From UHGV virus genome UHGV-0210521: 49,287 nucleotides of DNA. One strand, given 5' to 3'. The DNA comes from a virus. Below the pieces are notes generated by a model. That model did not search any database, had not been told where the DNA came from, and was given only the letters and a program-made list of their open reading frames with translations. Positions 8,398 to 17,438 of this stretch are shown one piece after another (the first letter of the stretch is position 1; every line of letters begins with the position of its first letter). Both the position numbers and the translations under genes were made by a program.

Positions 8398-9523
8398 TCA
8401 CGCACTCCTCTCAGCATCCGGTGCGCACAGGTGGCTCAACTGCACGCCCTCAGCACGCCTCGAATCCGATGAGCCAGAATCATCCTCGTCTGCTGCCGAG
8501 CAAGGTACCGCCGCCCACGCCCTCGCCGAGTGGAAGCTCCGGCGCGCCTTCCACCAGGCACCGACCTTCAAGCCGGTCTCGGCCTGGATTGATGACGAGA
8601 TGGAAACCTTGACTGACGACTACGTCGCCTACGTCCAAGAACACATCTCGTTGGCAGAGCAAACCTGTGGTGATCCGCAGGTGCTGATCGAGCAGCGCCT
8701 AGACTTCTCCCACATTGTGCCCGGAGGTTTTGGCACCGGGGATTGCGTGATCATCGCCGAACCCACCTTGCAGATCATTGATCTCAAGTACGGGCAAGGC
8801 GTCCTCGTCGAGGCCGCGAACAATCCGCAGTTGATGTTGTATGCGCTCGGAGCGCTTCACACCTTCGGGAGCCTGTACGACATCGAGACGGTGGCGGTCA
8901 CGATCTATCAGCCGCGCCGGGCGAACGTCGACACCTGGGAAATCTCCGTTGCCGAACTTCAGCACTGGGCTGAAACCGAGGTCAAGCCGAAAGCCGAGCT
9001 CGCCTCGGCTGGCGGGGGCGAGTTTTGTCCTGGCTCGTGGTGTCAGTTTTGCAAGATTGCACCCACGTGCCGGGCACGAGCGGAAGCCAATCTTGCGCTC
9101 GCCAGGTTGGAGTTCGCCCCACCAGCAGAACTAACGGACGCAGAGATCGCTGACGTGCTGGCCCGTATACCGCAGCTCAAAACATGGGCGGCGAATGTGG
9201 AAGCTTACGCCCTGTCGAAAGCCGTCAACCAGGGCGTGGTCTTTGAGGGGTTCAAAGTCGTCGCCGGACGGTCGGTACGCAAATACACCTCCGAAACCGA
9301 CGTGGCTGCGGCGGCTGAGGCGGCTGGCTACAAAGACATCTATGACCGCAAGCTCATCACCCTCACAGCCATGGAACGCCTCATGGGCAAATCCACTTTC
9401 AACGAGATCCTCGGCGACCTCGTGACCAAACCTGCAGGCAAACCCACCCTGGTTCCTGCATCCGACAAACGGCCAGCACTTGACCTGGTGAGTGCGGCCA
9501 CCGATTTTCAAACAAACAAGTAA
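8384..9523 (+). CDS. PD-(D/E)xK nuclease, DUF2800-like (Cas4/RecB-like fold with C-terminal Cys cluster)
   Basis: N-terminal LSASGAHRWLNC, GDCVII ... IIDLKYGQG, C-terminal CPGSWCQFCKIAPTC; usual first gene of this phage replication module. Confidence 0.65.
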   Translation: MAPSDHALLSASGAHRWLNCTPSARLESDEPESSSSAAEQGTAAHALAEWKLRRAFHQAPTFKPVSAWIDDEMETLTDDYVAYVQEHISLAEQTCGDPQVLIEQRLDFSHIVPGGFGTGDCVIIAEPTLQIIDLKYGQGVLVEAANNPQLMLYALGALHTFGSLYDIETVAVTIYQPRRANVDTWEISVAELQHWAETEVKPKAELASAGGGEFCPGSWCQFCKIAPTCRARAEANLALARLEFAPPAELTDAEIADVLARIPQLKTWAANVEAYALSKAVNQGVVFEGFKVVAGRSVRKYTSETDVAAAAEAAGYKDIYDRKLITLTAMERLMGKSTFNEILGDLVTKPAGKPTLVPASDKRPALDLVSAATDFQTNK

Positions 9524-9545
9524 CAAGTAGAAAGCAGAAAAGATT

Positions 9546-10097
9546 ATGACAACGACTAACACAACTCGTATTGTGACCGACGAAGTCCGCCTCAGCTATG
9601 CGCATGTATGGGAGCCGAACTCCATCCAAGGAGGCAAGCCCAAGTACTCCGTCTCTCTGATCATCCCCAAGACTGATACCGCCACGATCACTGCGATCGA
9701 GAAGGCCGTGGACGCAGCCATCGAGCAGGGTATTGGCAAGTTTGGTGGCAAACGCCCCAACAAGGCAGCCCTCAAGCTCCCGCTGCGTGATGGAGATATC
9801 GAGCGTGACGACGAAGCCTACAAGGGCGCCTACTTCCTCAACGCCAACTCCCTGACTGCTCCACAGATCGTCGATCAGAGCGTCGCGCCGATTCTTGATC
9901 GCGCCGAGGTCTACTCAGGCTGCTACGCACGAGTATCCCTGTCCTTCTATGCGTTCAACACAAACGGCAACCGTGGCATCGCCTGCGGACTGGGGAACAT
10001 TCAAAAGACCCGTGACGGCGAGAGCCTTGGCGGCGGGCGTGTCTCGGCTGAGACCGACTTCGGCGCCTTCGCCGCAGATGACGACTTCCTGAACTAA
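9546..10097 (+). CDS. DUF2815-like phage single-stranded DNA-binding protein
   Basis: N-terminal VTDEVRLSYAHVWEP signature; position between DUF2800 nuclease and DNA polymerase. Confidence 0.6.
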   Translation: MTTTNTTRIVTDEVRLSYAHVWEPNSIQGGKPKYSVSLIIPKTDTATITAIEKAVDAAIEQGIGKFGGKRPNKAALKLPLRDGDIERDDEAYKGAYFLNANSLTAPQIVDQSVAPILDRAEVYSGCYARVSLSFYAFNTNGNRGIACGLGNIQKTRDGESLGGGRVSAETDFGAFAADDDFLN

Positions 10098-10177
10098 CCA
10101 ACTCCAATCGTGGAGGGAACCAGCGTTCATTGTTGGTTCCCTCCACCCTTTACCTCTGACGTGAAAGGAACCCCGTC

Positions 10178-12145
10178 ATGCGAACACTCTTCTGCGATAT
10201 CGAGACTTTCAGTCCTGTTCAGCTCGCCAAGACAGGCGTCTACCCGTATGCCGAGCACCCCGACTTCGACCTGCTCCTCTTCGGATATTCGATTGACGGC
10301 GGCCCGGTCGAGGTCGTGGATCTTGCAGGCGGCCAGCAGATCCCCGACAATGTGCTATCAGCTCTGGTGGATCCGGGTGTGGTCAAGTGGGCGCATAACG
10401 CCGCCTTCGAACGAGTCTGCTTGTCCGCCTGGCTACGCACGCATCATCCCGAACTGCTGGATGGCGGGTTTCTTGACCCAAGGCAGTGGCGGTGCACCAT
10501 GATCTGGTCCGCCTACCTCGGACTACCGATGAGCCTCGACGCAGTAGCCACAGTTTTGAAACTTGACGTTCAAAAAGACAGCGCCGGACGCAAGCTGATC
10601 AAGCAGTTCTGCACACCCGCCACACCCTCAGTCTTGAATGGCGGCAAACACAGGAATCCACCATCAGCGGATCCCGCCGGCTGGGCACATTTCATTGACT
10701 ACAACCGGCGCGACGTCGAAGTCGAACAAGCCATCCACGACAGACTGGCGTTTTTTCCGATGCCAGACTCCGAATGGGACACCTATGCCCTTGACCAACG
10801 CATTAATGATGCCGGGATTCTTCTCGACTACACGCTCGTCGATAATGCCGTTACCGTGGATGAGCACCACCGCAACGCGTCGCTTGCACGGGCACAGAAG
10901 CTCACAGGGTTGGACAATCCCAACTCGCCAATCCAACTCAAACAATGGCTCCACAACCACGGCTGCGAACTCGAATCACTAGCGAAAGCCGACGTCGATG
11001 CCGCCCTCGACACCGCGACCGGCGCGGTGAAAGAAGTCCTCGGACTCCGTGGTGATCTGGCGAAATCTTCGGTGAAGAAATACCAGGCGATGCACAACGT
11101 CGCAGGCAGTGACGGCCGGGCACGCGGGCTGATCCAGTTCTACGGAGCAGGACGCACTGGGCGCTTCGCAGGACGCCTCGTCCAAGTCCAAAACCTGCCA
11201 AGGAATTACCTGACAGATCTCGACCAAGCACGCACGCTCGTCAGAACAGGCAACCTTGATGCGCTTGAGCTGCTCTACGAGTCCGTGCCCGACACCCTCA
11301 GCCAACTCATCCGCACCGCATTCATCCCCAGCACCGGCCACAGGTTTATCGTTGCGGACTTTTCCGCAATCGAAGCGCGCGTTATCGCATGGCTCGCAGG
11401 AGAAACAACCACCCTGGCCGCCTTCCGCGACGGTAAAGACCTCTACTGCGAAACCGCATCGCGCATGTTCGGCGTCCCGGTCGAAAAGCACGGCATTAAT
11501 GGCGAGCTACGTCAAAAGGGGAAGATCGCGGTGCTCGCCTGTGGCTATGGCGGCTCAGTTGGTGCTCTCAAAGCCATGGGAGCCCTCACCATGGGACTCG
11601 CCGAGCATGAGCTCAAACCGATCGTGGACGCATGGCGGCAAGCCAACCCACACATCGTTGGGCTCTGGGCCGACGTCGAAGAAGCCGCGATCGCCGCGAT
11701 CACCTCGCGCCAGCCGATCCGCTTGCGTAACCTGCGATTCTCCGTTGAGTCCGGGATTCTCTTCATCGAACTGCCCTCAGGCAGGAGATTAGCGTATGTG
11801 CAGCCGCGTCTGGGTGAGAATCGTTGGGGTGGCACGTCCATCACCTACACCGGCACCACCGCAGCCAGACGTTGGGGACAGCTCGAAACCTACGGCGGGA
11901 AACTTGTCGAGAATATCGTCCAAGCAATCGCCCGTGATCTGCTCGTCACTGGCATGCACGCAGTCGCCAAGGCGGGGCATCGGATTGTGATGCATGTTCA
12001 TGATGAAATTGTCATCGACGAACCCGAAAATTCCGGCTTCACCGTGACTGATGCATGTGCTCTTATGTCGACGCTCCCAGCCTGGGCCGAAGGTTTGCCG
12101 TTGGATGCGGATGGGTATGAGTGCGCCTATTACCGTAAGGATTAG
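10178..12145 (+). CDS. Family A DNA polymerase (phage Pol I-like with 3'-5' exonuclease domain)
   Basis: 655 aa; exo motif FCDIETFS, pol motifs DFSAIEARVIAWLAGE, RQKGKIAVLACGYGGS, HVHDEIVID. Confidence 0.85.
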   Translation: MRTLFCDIETFSPVQLAKTGVYPYAEHPDFDLLLFGYSIDGGPVEVVDLAGGQQIPDNVLSALVDPGVVKWAHNAAFERVCLSAWLRTHHPELLDGGFLDPRQWRCTMIWSAYLGLPMSLDAVATVLKLDVQKDSAGRKLIKQFCTPATPSVLNGGKHRNPPSADPAGWAHFIDYNRRDVEVEQAIHDRLAFFPMPDSEWDTYALDQRINDAGILLDYTLVDNAVTVDEHHRNASLARAQKLTGLDNPNSPIQLKQWLHNHGCELESLAKADVDAALDTATGAVKEVLGLRGDLAKSSVKKYQAMHNVAGSDGRARGLIQFYGAGRTGRFAGRLVQVQNLPRNYLTDLDQARTLVRTGNLDALELLYESVPDTLSQLIRTAFIPSTGHRFIVADFSAIEARVIAWLAGETTTLAAFRDGKDLYCETASRMFGVPVEKHGINGELRQKGKIAVLACGYGGSVGALKAMGALTMGLAEHELKPIVDAWRQANPHIVGLWADVEEAAIAAITSRQPIRLRNLRFSVESGILFIELPSGRRLAYVQPRLGENRWGGTSITYTGTTAARRWGQLETYGGKLVENIVQAIARDLLVTGMHAVAKAGHRIVMHVHDEIVIDEPENSGFTVTDACALMSTLPAWAEGLPLDADGYECAYYRKD

Positions 12146-13086
12146 CTGTTGATTGTCCAGATGGGATCTTGTTTCCAGCTGGGGCTGGCACCTATGTGCG
12201 TTAGATCGACGCCAGGAATTTCGGTGGGGAAACTGTCTAGGACGTCGCTGATGGCCTGTATTTCAGCGGTGAAATTTCCTCGTCGCAAGAGGAATGCGGT
12301 GAGTACCAGCGCGGTGTACATACGTCCTGAAGAATGTGTCACGGCCGATAGCGTTTGGTCGTTGCGGCGGTGTTTGACCAGTGGACGGATAACGAGTTGC
12401 CTATTCCATAGTCTGGCGTGGTGAGCGCATATGTTACGAATGTAATTCGCAGTGCGCATCCACGATTCCAACTCGTCGGCACGTGCCAAGTACTTGTCAG
12501 CAATGCGACGACGCTGTTCGAAGGGAGCCAACGAAAACAGGGTCACGAGTTGTCCGAACTCAAGAATCTCGGTAACCACCCACACCGGCAAACGACCGTC
12601 GTGGGTCTGGTTGTAATGCTTGACGAAATCTTCTGTAGAGCGCGACTGTGTTTGGGTGAGCTTCTGCGTAAAGAATGCTGCTCTGTGATTCATCGCCCCC
12701 GATGGCCAAATCCGTTCGAGGTCGAGGTGAATGAACGGATCGATCTCACCCAGCACGTGCCCCACGTCAACTCGCAGGCACACCTCCAGCTTGCATAGCG
12801 CCTGCCACACAGCCAAGCGTAGCCGCTCATCAAACTCGTACAGCTCTACCACATGCCCCATACGTGCACCGAGAACGAAATGGTCCAAACGCCGTTGCGG
12901 CGAATCAGATGGAGCGATCTGACGCAACGGGTAGGAGTATCCCGAAAGCCGGTAATAGCCGACAGTAGATAACTCGCGGCGGTAATCACCGGCATCCAAT
13001 AGGCCACGACGAGTGAGAATATTAATCTGCTCATCGATACTGGCCCACGGTTTATCGACCACCAGCCCACCTGCTTCCAAAAACAT
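12142..13086 (-). CDS. Abi_2 family abortive-infection protein (AbiD/AbiF-like)
   Basis: 314 aa on the opposite strand; N-terminal ... INILTRRGLL ... VGYYRLSGYSYP signature; convergent with the polymerase gene. Confidence 0.7.
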   Translation of the reverse strand: MFLEAGGLVVDKPWASIDEQINILTRRGLLDAGDYRRELSTVGYYRLSGYSYPLRQIAPSDSPQRRLDHFVLGARMGHVVELYEFDERLRLAVWQALCKLEVCLRVDVGHVLGEIDPFIHLDLERIWPSGAMNHRAAFFTQKLTQTQSRSTEDFVKHYNQTHDGRLPVWVVTEILEFGQLVTLFSLAPFEQRRRIADKYLARADELESWMRTANYIRNICAHHARLWNRQLVIRPLVKHRRNDQTLSAVTHSSGRMYTALVLTAFLLRRGNFTAEIQAISDVLDSFPTEIPGVDLTHIGASPSWKQDPIWTINS

Positions 13087-13464
13087 GAAGACCGGCTCTG
13101 ACCTGTCTCGGAAACCGATACAAGCGAGCCGGTACTAGTGGTAATCACTATACCGCGAAAACAGCGACAGAATCAAGAACTCGGCGAAGTATCACCATCA
13201 GAGAAGAAAGCTTATCCAAGACCGCTAAGAAACGAGAACCGACCCTGCGCTCCCACCGAGGCGGGCAGCGGAACCGGTCATGTTGTCTAAAAGACCACCG
13301 TGTCGGCACCGCTGTAGCAAGAGAATGATGGTTCTTCCACACAGAGCACTCGAGAAATTTGTCTATGCCCCGGCGAGAATACCTGCCAGATTGCTCTAAC
13401 AGATAGCGCTCCACCGGGGCTTCAACACCAATCGTGCCAGAACGAGAAGCGATTGAGTACCCGT

Positions 13465-13502
13465 GATTTAACACTTTCGGGCTCGTCGGCAGTGGGGTGA
13501 GG
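13465..13502. repeat. Conserved element copy B (GATTTAACA-N17-GTCGGCAGTGGGGTGAGG)
   Basis: Intergenic, 66 nt upstream of the antirepressor start; matches copies A and C. Confidence 0.6.
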
Positions 13503-13567
13503 CCCTTAACTCCTTGTGTCGACCGGCACGATTTTTTCTCGACGGGGTCTCGGGAAGGAACCCCGCC

Positions 13568-14332
13568 ATGGGAAACCAGATTCAAACATTCACCAACGAC
13601 GTGTTCGGCACCATTCGCACCATCACCACTGATGGCCAGATCCTTTTCTGCGGCAAGGACGTCGCCACCGCGCTCGGCTACCAGGATCCGACGAACGCGG
13701 TGAAGCTACACTGCAAGGGGGTGGCAAATTACCACCCCCTTGAGACCGCTGGTGGAATCCAGCAGGTCCGCTTCATTACCGAGGGCAACCTGTACCGCCT
13801 CATCATCTCCTCAAAGCTCCCGGCAGCGCAGAAGTTCGAAGCCTGGGTGTTCGATGAGGTGTTGCCGACGATTCGCCGCCACGGCATGTACGCATACGAC
13901 GAACTGCTCGCTGATGATGAGTTCCTCGAGCATGCCATCGCCACGCTGCGTGCTGAGCGGGCCAAGCGCCTGGCAGCAGAGCAAGCCTTACTTGAGGCGG
14001 CACCGAAAGTCTCGTACTACGACCTCGTGTTGCAGTCCGATTCGTTGTTGACGACGACCGCGATTGCGAAGGACTACGGACTTTCCGCGAAGAAACTCAA
14101 CCGGATCCTGCGTGATGCTCACGTGCAGTTCCATCAGTCGGACCGGTGGTTCCTGTACGCGAAGTACGCCGAGCAGGGATACACCCAGTCCAAGACCCAC
14201 GAATACGGCGAGGGGCAGACCCGCACCCACATGTACTGGACGCAAAAGGGGCGTCTGTTCATCTACGACCTGCTCAAGAACCAGCTCGGCATTCTGCCTG
14301 TCATCGAGCGTCAAGGTCAGGTGCAAGCATGA
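13568..14332 (+). CDS. Phage antirepressor (Bro-N domain plus KilA-C/Ant C-terminal domain)
   Basis: N-terminal FTNDVFGTIRTITTDGQILFCGKDVATALGY; start moved to internal ATG 13568 with GGAAGGAA upstream. Confidence 0.7.
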   Translation: MGNQIQTFTNDVFGTIRTITTDGQILFCGKDVATALGYQDPTNAVKLHCKGVANYHPLETAGGIQQVRFITEGNLYRLIISSKLPAAQKFEAWVFDEVLPTIRRHGMYAYDELLADDEFLEHAIATLRAERAKRLAAEQALLEAAPKVSYYDLVLQSDSLLTTTAIAKDYGLSAKKLNRILRDAHVQFHQSDRWFLYAKYAEQGYTQSKTHEYGEGQTRTHMYWTQKGRLFIYDLLKNQLGILPVIERQGQVQA

Positions 14333-14766
14333 CCGCCACGACACTCGATATTGGGTTTTCGAAGAAGAACACCGAAGGCTACCTGGACCTAACCAGCTAC
14401 CACGCGCTCAAAAAGCTGCAGCGCGAACAATTCGGCTACCGGCCCTTGATTTATATCTGCTCGCCCTACTCAGGCGACGTGCAAGCGAACGTTGAGCTCG
14501 CCCGCCAATTCTGCTCCTTCGCAGTGAGCGCGGGCAAAATCCCATTCGCCCCACACCTGTTGTTCCCGCAGTTCATGGATGACGCAGACCCTGATCAGCG
14601 GGAGCTGGCGATGTTCTTCAACAGGGTGCTGCTCGCTAAATGCGAAGCCCTCTGGGCATACGTGGGACGCGTCAGCCTTGGTATGCGCTTAGAGATCGGG
14701 TGGGCGCGCGACCTCGAGTTGCCGATTAAGTTTTTCGATTCTGATTTCAAGGAGGTCACGCCATGA
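14329..14766 (+). CDS. Nucleoside 2-deoxyribosyltransferase-like / DUF4406-like phage protein
   Basis: LIYICSPYSG motif resembling the NDT/DUF4406 nucleotide-binding fold; ATGA overlap with the upstream gene. Family assignment tentative. Confidence 0.4.
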   Translation: MTATTLDIGFSKKNTEGYLDLTSYHALKKLQREQFGYRPLIYICSPYSGDVQANVELARQFCSFAVSAGKIPFAPHLLFPQFMDDADPDQRELAMFFNRVLLAKCEALWAYVGRVSLGMRLEIGWARDLELPIKFFDSDFKEVTP

Positions 14767-17024
14767 CCACGCCCTTCACCCTCTATGCCGCGAATGTGAG
14801 CGGCGTGCAGAACAACAACCACTACCCGAACCAGCAAACCATCGCCGACGTGGCATCCCTGTCTGCAGTCGCGGGCTTCGATCACGTAGCCGCAACCTAT
14901 GCGAATGATCGCCGCTCAACTGCAGCCTTCATAGCCTCGGACTGCGTGGTGATGGATATCGACAACGATCACACCGACACCGAGTCCGAGTGGGTCACGC
15001 CTGAGAAGCTTGGCGAGGTGATGGCGGGCGTGGAGTTCATGGCCGCCACGTCTCGTAATCACATGAAGGCGAAGGGTGTGTTGTCTGCGCGGCCGCGTTT
15101 CCACGTTTACTTCCCAATCCGAGAAGTACAAGGCGCAGACGAATACGCAGGATTGAAACACCGCCTCGCGTCGCGGTTTGCTTTCTTCGATCGCAACGCT
15201 CTTGACGCAGGACGCTTCATCTACGGCACCTCTAACCCACAAGTTACGGTGCGTGAGGGCGACCAGTTGCTCGATGCGTGGCTCGATAACGCTGATGAGC
15301 AGGACGTGTTCGCCGCATTTGATGCTTCCACTCTTGTGATTGGTGAAGGCTCGCGCAACGCTACGTTGTCGCGCTTCGCAGGCAGGGTCCTCATCCGCTA
15401 CGGCGATACCGACCAAGCACGAGACCTCTTCAATCGCAAAGCCAACCTTTGCGAACCACCGCTCAACGAGGGCGAATTACAGACGATTTGGAATAGCGCG
15501 TGCAGGTTCGCTTCGAAGGTCGCTGCTGATCCAGGCTATCTGCCGCCAGAGGCTTATGAGGCGTTGGCGGGTTTGCGTCCGGATGATTTTTCCGATGTCG
15601 GTCAGGCAGACACATTAGCTGGCGAATACGCGAACAAGATCCGCTACTCACTGGCTACCAAGTGGCTTGTCTACGACCATGGCGTGTGGGATGAGAACGA
15701 CTTATCTGCACAAGGCGTCGTTCAGGAATTGACCTCCCGCCAGCTCGAGGAAGCCGACCGCTTGATCGCGTCCACGTGGGAGACCATGACGGCAACCGGT
15801 GCAGATCTCGTGATGGCCTCCGCCTCGTCGAAAGCACGCGGCATCGCCAAGCTCACGCCTGTGCAAGCGACCGCGTTCCGGGCGTGGGATGAGGCAAAGA
15901 ACTACCACAAGTTCGTTCTCTCCAGGCGTTTGTCACGCAACATCACGGCCACGTTGAAAGAAGCCGGGCCGATCTTGCAGGTACGTATCCGTGACCTTGA
16001 CGTCGACCCCTACCAGCTCAACACCCCGGCAGGCACCTGGGATCTGCGCGACGGCACAAGCCACGAGCACAACCCAGCCGATCTGCTGACCAAGCAGACC
16101 GCTGTCAGCCCCAGCGATGAGGGTGCACAGATCTGGGCCGACGCGCTCGACGTGTTCTTCCAAGGAGATCCTGAGCTGATTAGTTACGTGCAGCGCATTG
16201 TTGGCTTGGCGGCTATCGGCCAGGTTTTCGTCGAAGCGCTCGTCATCGCCTACGGGGACGGGCGAAACGGCAAATCCACCTTCTGGAACACAATCGCCCG
16301 CGTGTTGGGGACGTATTCGGGCACGATCTCAGCCGACGCGCTCACGGTCGGGGTGCGCCGCAACGTCAAACCCGAACTCGCCGAAGCCAGAGGCAAACGT
16401 CTCTTGATCGCGGCTGAAACCGAAGAAGGTATGCGCCTATCAACCTCGAACGTCAAACAGCTTGCCTCGACCGATCAGATCTCGGCAGAGAAAAAGTTCA
16501 AGGACCCCTTCGCCTTCACCCCCTCCCACACCCTCGTGCTCTACACGAATCACCTGCCGCGTGTGGGAGCCATGGACGCAGGCATCTGGCGCAGGCTCAT
16601 CGTCATCCCGTTTAACGCCACCATCGAAGGTGATACGGACGTGAAGAACTACGCCGACCACCTGTTCGAAAACGCGGGCGGAGCAATCCTTACGTGGATT
16701 ATGGAGGGCGCGCGCCTCATCCACGCCGAGGGCTACAAGCTCAAAGCCCCGCCTCAGGTGGTTCAAGCCTCGCAAGCATATAAGGAGGATAACGACTGGT
16801 TCTCGCAGTTCCTTGAGGACTCATGCGACGTCGAGGATGGCTTATCGGAGAGGGCTGGTGACCTCTATCAGACGTATCGGGCGTGGGCGCAAAACACCTC
16901 AGGATGGGCGCGCCCGATGGTCGACTTCAACGCTGCGGTCGAACAAGCCGGATTCGTGCGGAAAAAGACCAAGCACGGCATGTACGTCTACGGGCTCGCG
17001 ATCGCATCCGAGTTCGGCAACTAA
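14763..17024 (+). CDS. Phage primase-helicase (N-terminal primase-polymerase, PriCT-like region, P4/D5-type SF3 helicase)
   Basis: 753 aa; Walker A VIAYGDGRNGKSTFWN; PriCT-like GSRNATLSRFAGRVLIRYG; ATGA overlap with the upstream gene. Confidence 0.75.
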   Translation: MTTPFTLYAANVSGVQNNNHYPNQQTIADVASLSAVAGFDHVAATYANDRRSTAAFIASDCVVMDIDNDHTDTESEWVTPEKLGEVMAGVEFMAATSRNHMKAKGVLSARPRFHVYFPIREVQGADEYAGLKHRLASRFAFFDRNALDAGRFIYGTSNPQVTVREGDQLLDAWLDNADEQDVFAAFDASTLVIGEGSRNATLSRFAGRVLIRYGDTDQARDLFNRKANLCEPPLNEGELQTIWNSACRFASKVAADPGYLPPEAYEALAGLRPDDFSDVGQADTLAGEYANKIRYSLATKWLVYDHGVWDENDLSAQGVVQELTSRQLEEADRLIASTWETMTATGADLVMASASSKARGIAKLTPVQATAFRAWDEAKNYHKFVLSRRLSRNITATLKEAGPILQVRIRDLDVDPYQLNTPAGTWDLRDGTSHEHNPADLLTKQTAVSPSDEGAQIWADALDVFFQGDPELISYVQRIVGLAAIGQVFVEALVIAYGDGRNGKSTFWNTIARVLGTYSGTISADALTVGVRRNVKPELAEARGKRLLIAAETEEGMRLSTSNVKQLASTDQISAEKKFKDPFAFTPSHTLVLYTNHLPRVGAMDAGIWRRLIVIPFNATIEGDTDVKNYADHLFENAGGAILTWIMEGARLIHAEGYKLKAPPQVVQASQAYKEDNDWFSQFLEDSCDVEDGLSERAGDLYQTYRAWAQNTSGWARPMVDFNAAVEQAGFVRKKTKHGMYVYGLAIASEFGN

Positions 17025-17159
17025 CCCCATGGTGACGAGCTGTGACGAGCCATTCCCTACCTTACGCATGTGAAATTACATGGTGTTTTTCTCTATATAA
17101 AAGGTTAGGAACGACTCGTCACATGCCGTCACCCCTAAAAGTGAACTCAAGGAGTGACC

Positions 17160-17438
17160 ATGAACGAACGAACCATAGAACACCAACTGAAGAAAGCCGT
17201 CGAAGCCTGCGGTGGCTTGTGCTGGAAGCTTGTCTGCCCTGGAACCAGCGGCGTACCTGACCGGATATGTCTGATGAACAGCCGGGTTGTTTTCGTTGAA
17301 CTCAAAGCAGCAGGCAAACAACCCAGGCCAATCCAGCAGCGTCGGATGAGCCAACTGCGCGACCAGGGTTTTCAGACCTTCGTTGTTGATTCGGTGGACG
17401 GCATACGGGAGGTGCTTGATGCACTACACGCCGCATAA
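17160..17438 (+). CDS. VRR-NUC domain nuclease
   Basis: GVPDRICLM ... VFVELK PD-(D/E)xK-type motif; GGAG RBS upstream of ATG 17160. Confidence 0.65.
   Translation: MNERTIEHQLKKAVEACGGLCWKLVCPGTSGVPDRICLMNSRVVFVELKAAGKQPRPIQQRRMSQLRDQGFQTFVVDSVDGIREVLDALHAA

Noticed and set aside
13148-13585. 145-aa minus-strand ORF in the Abi/antirepressor spacer
   Set aside because: It spans the divergent intergenic region, overlaps the antirepressor start, and has no RBS or recognisable fold; more likely non-coding regulatory DNA containing element copy B.
14146-14766. Track ORF start at 14146 for the NDT-like gene
   Set aside because: The N-terminal 61 codons overlap the antirepressor gene in another frame; the ATG at 14329 overlaps the upstream stop (ATGA), typical of coupled phage genes.
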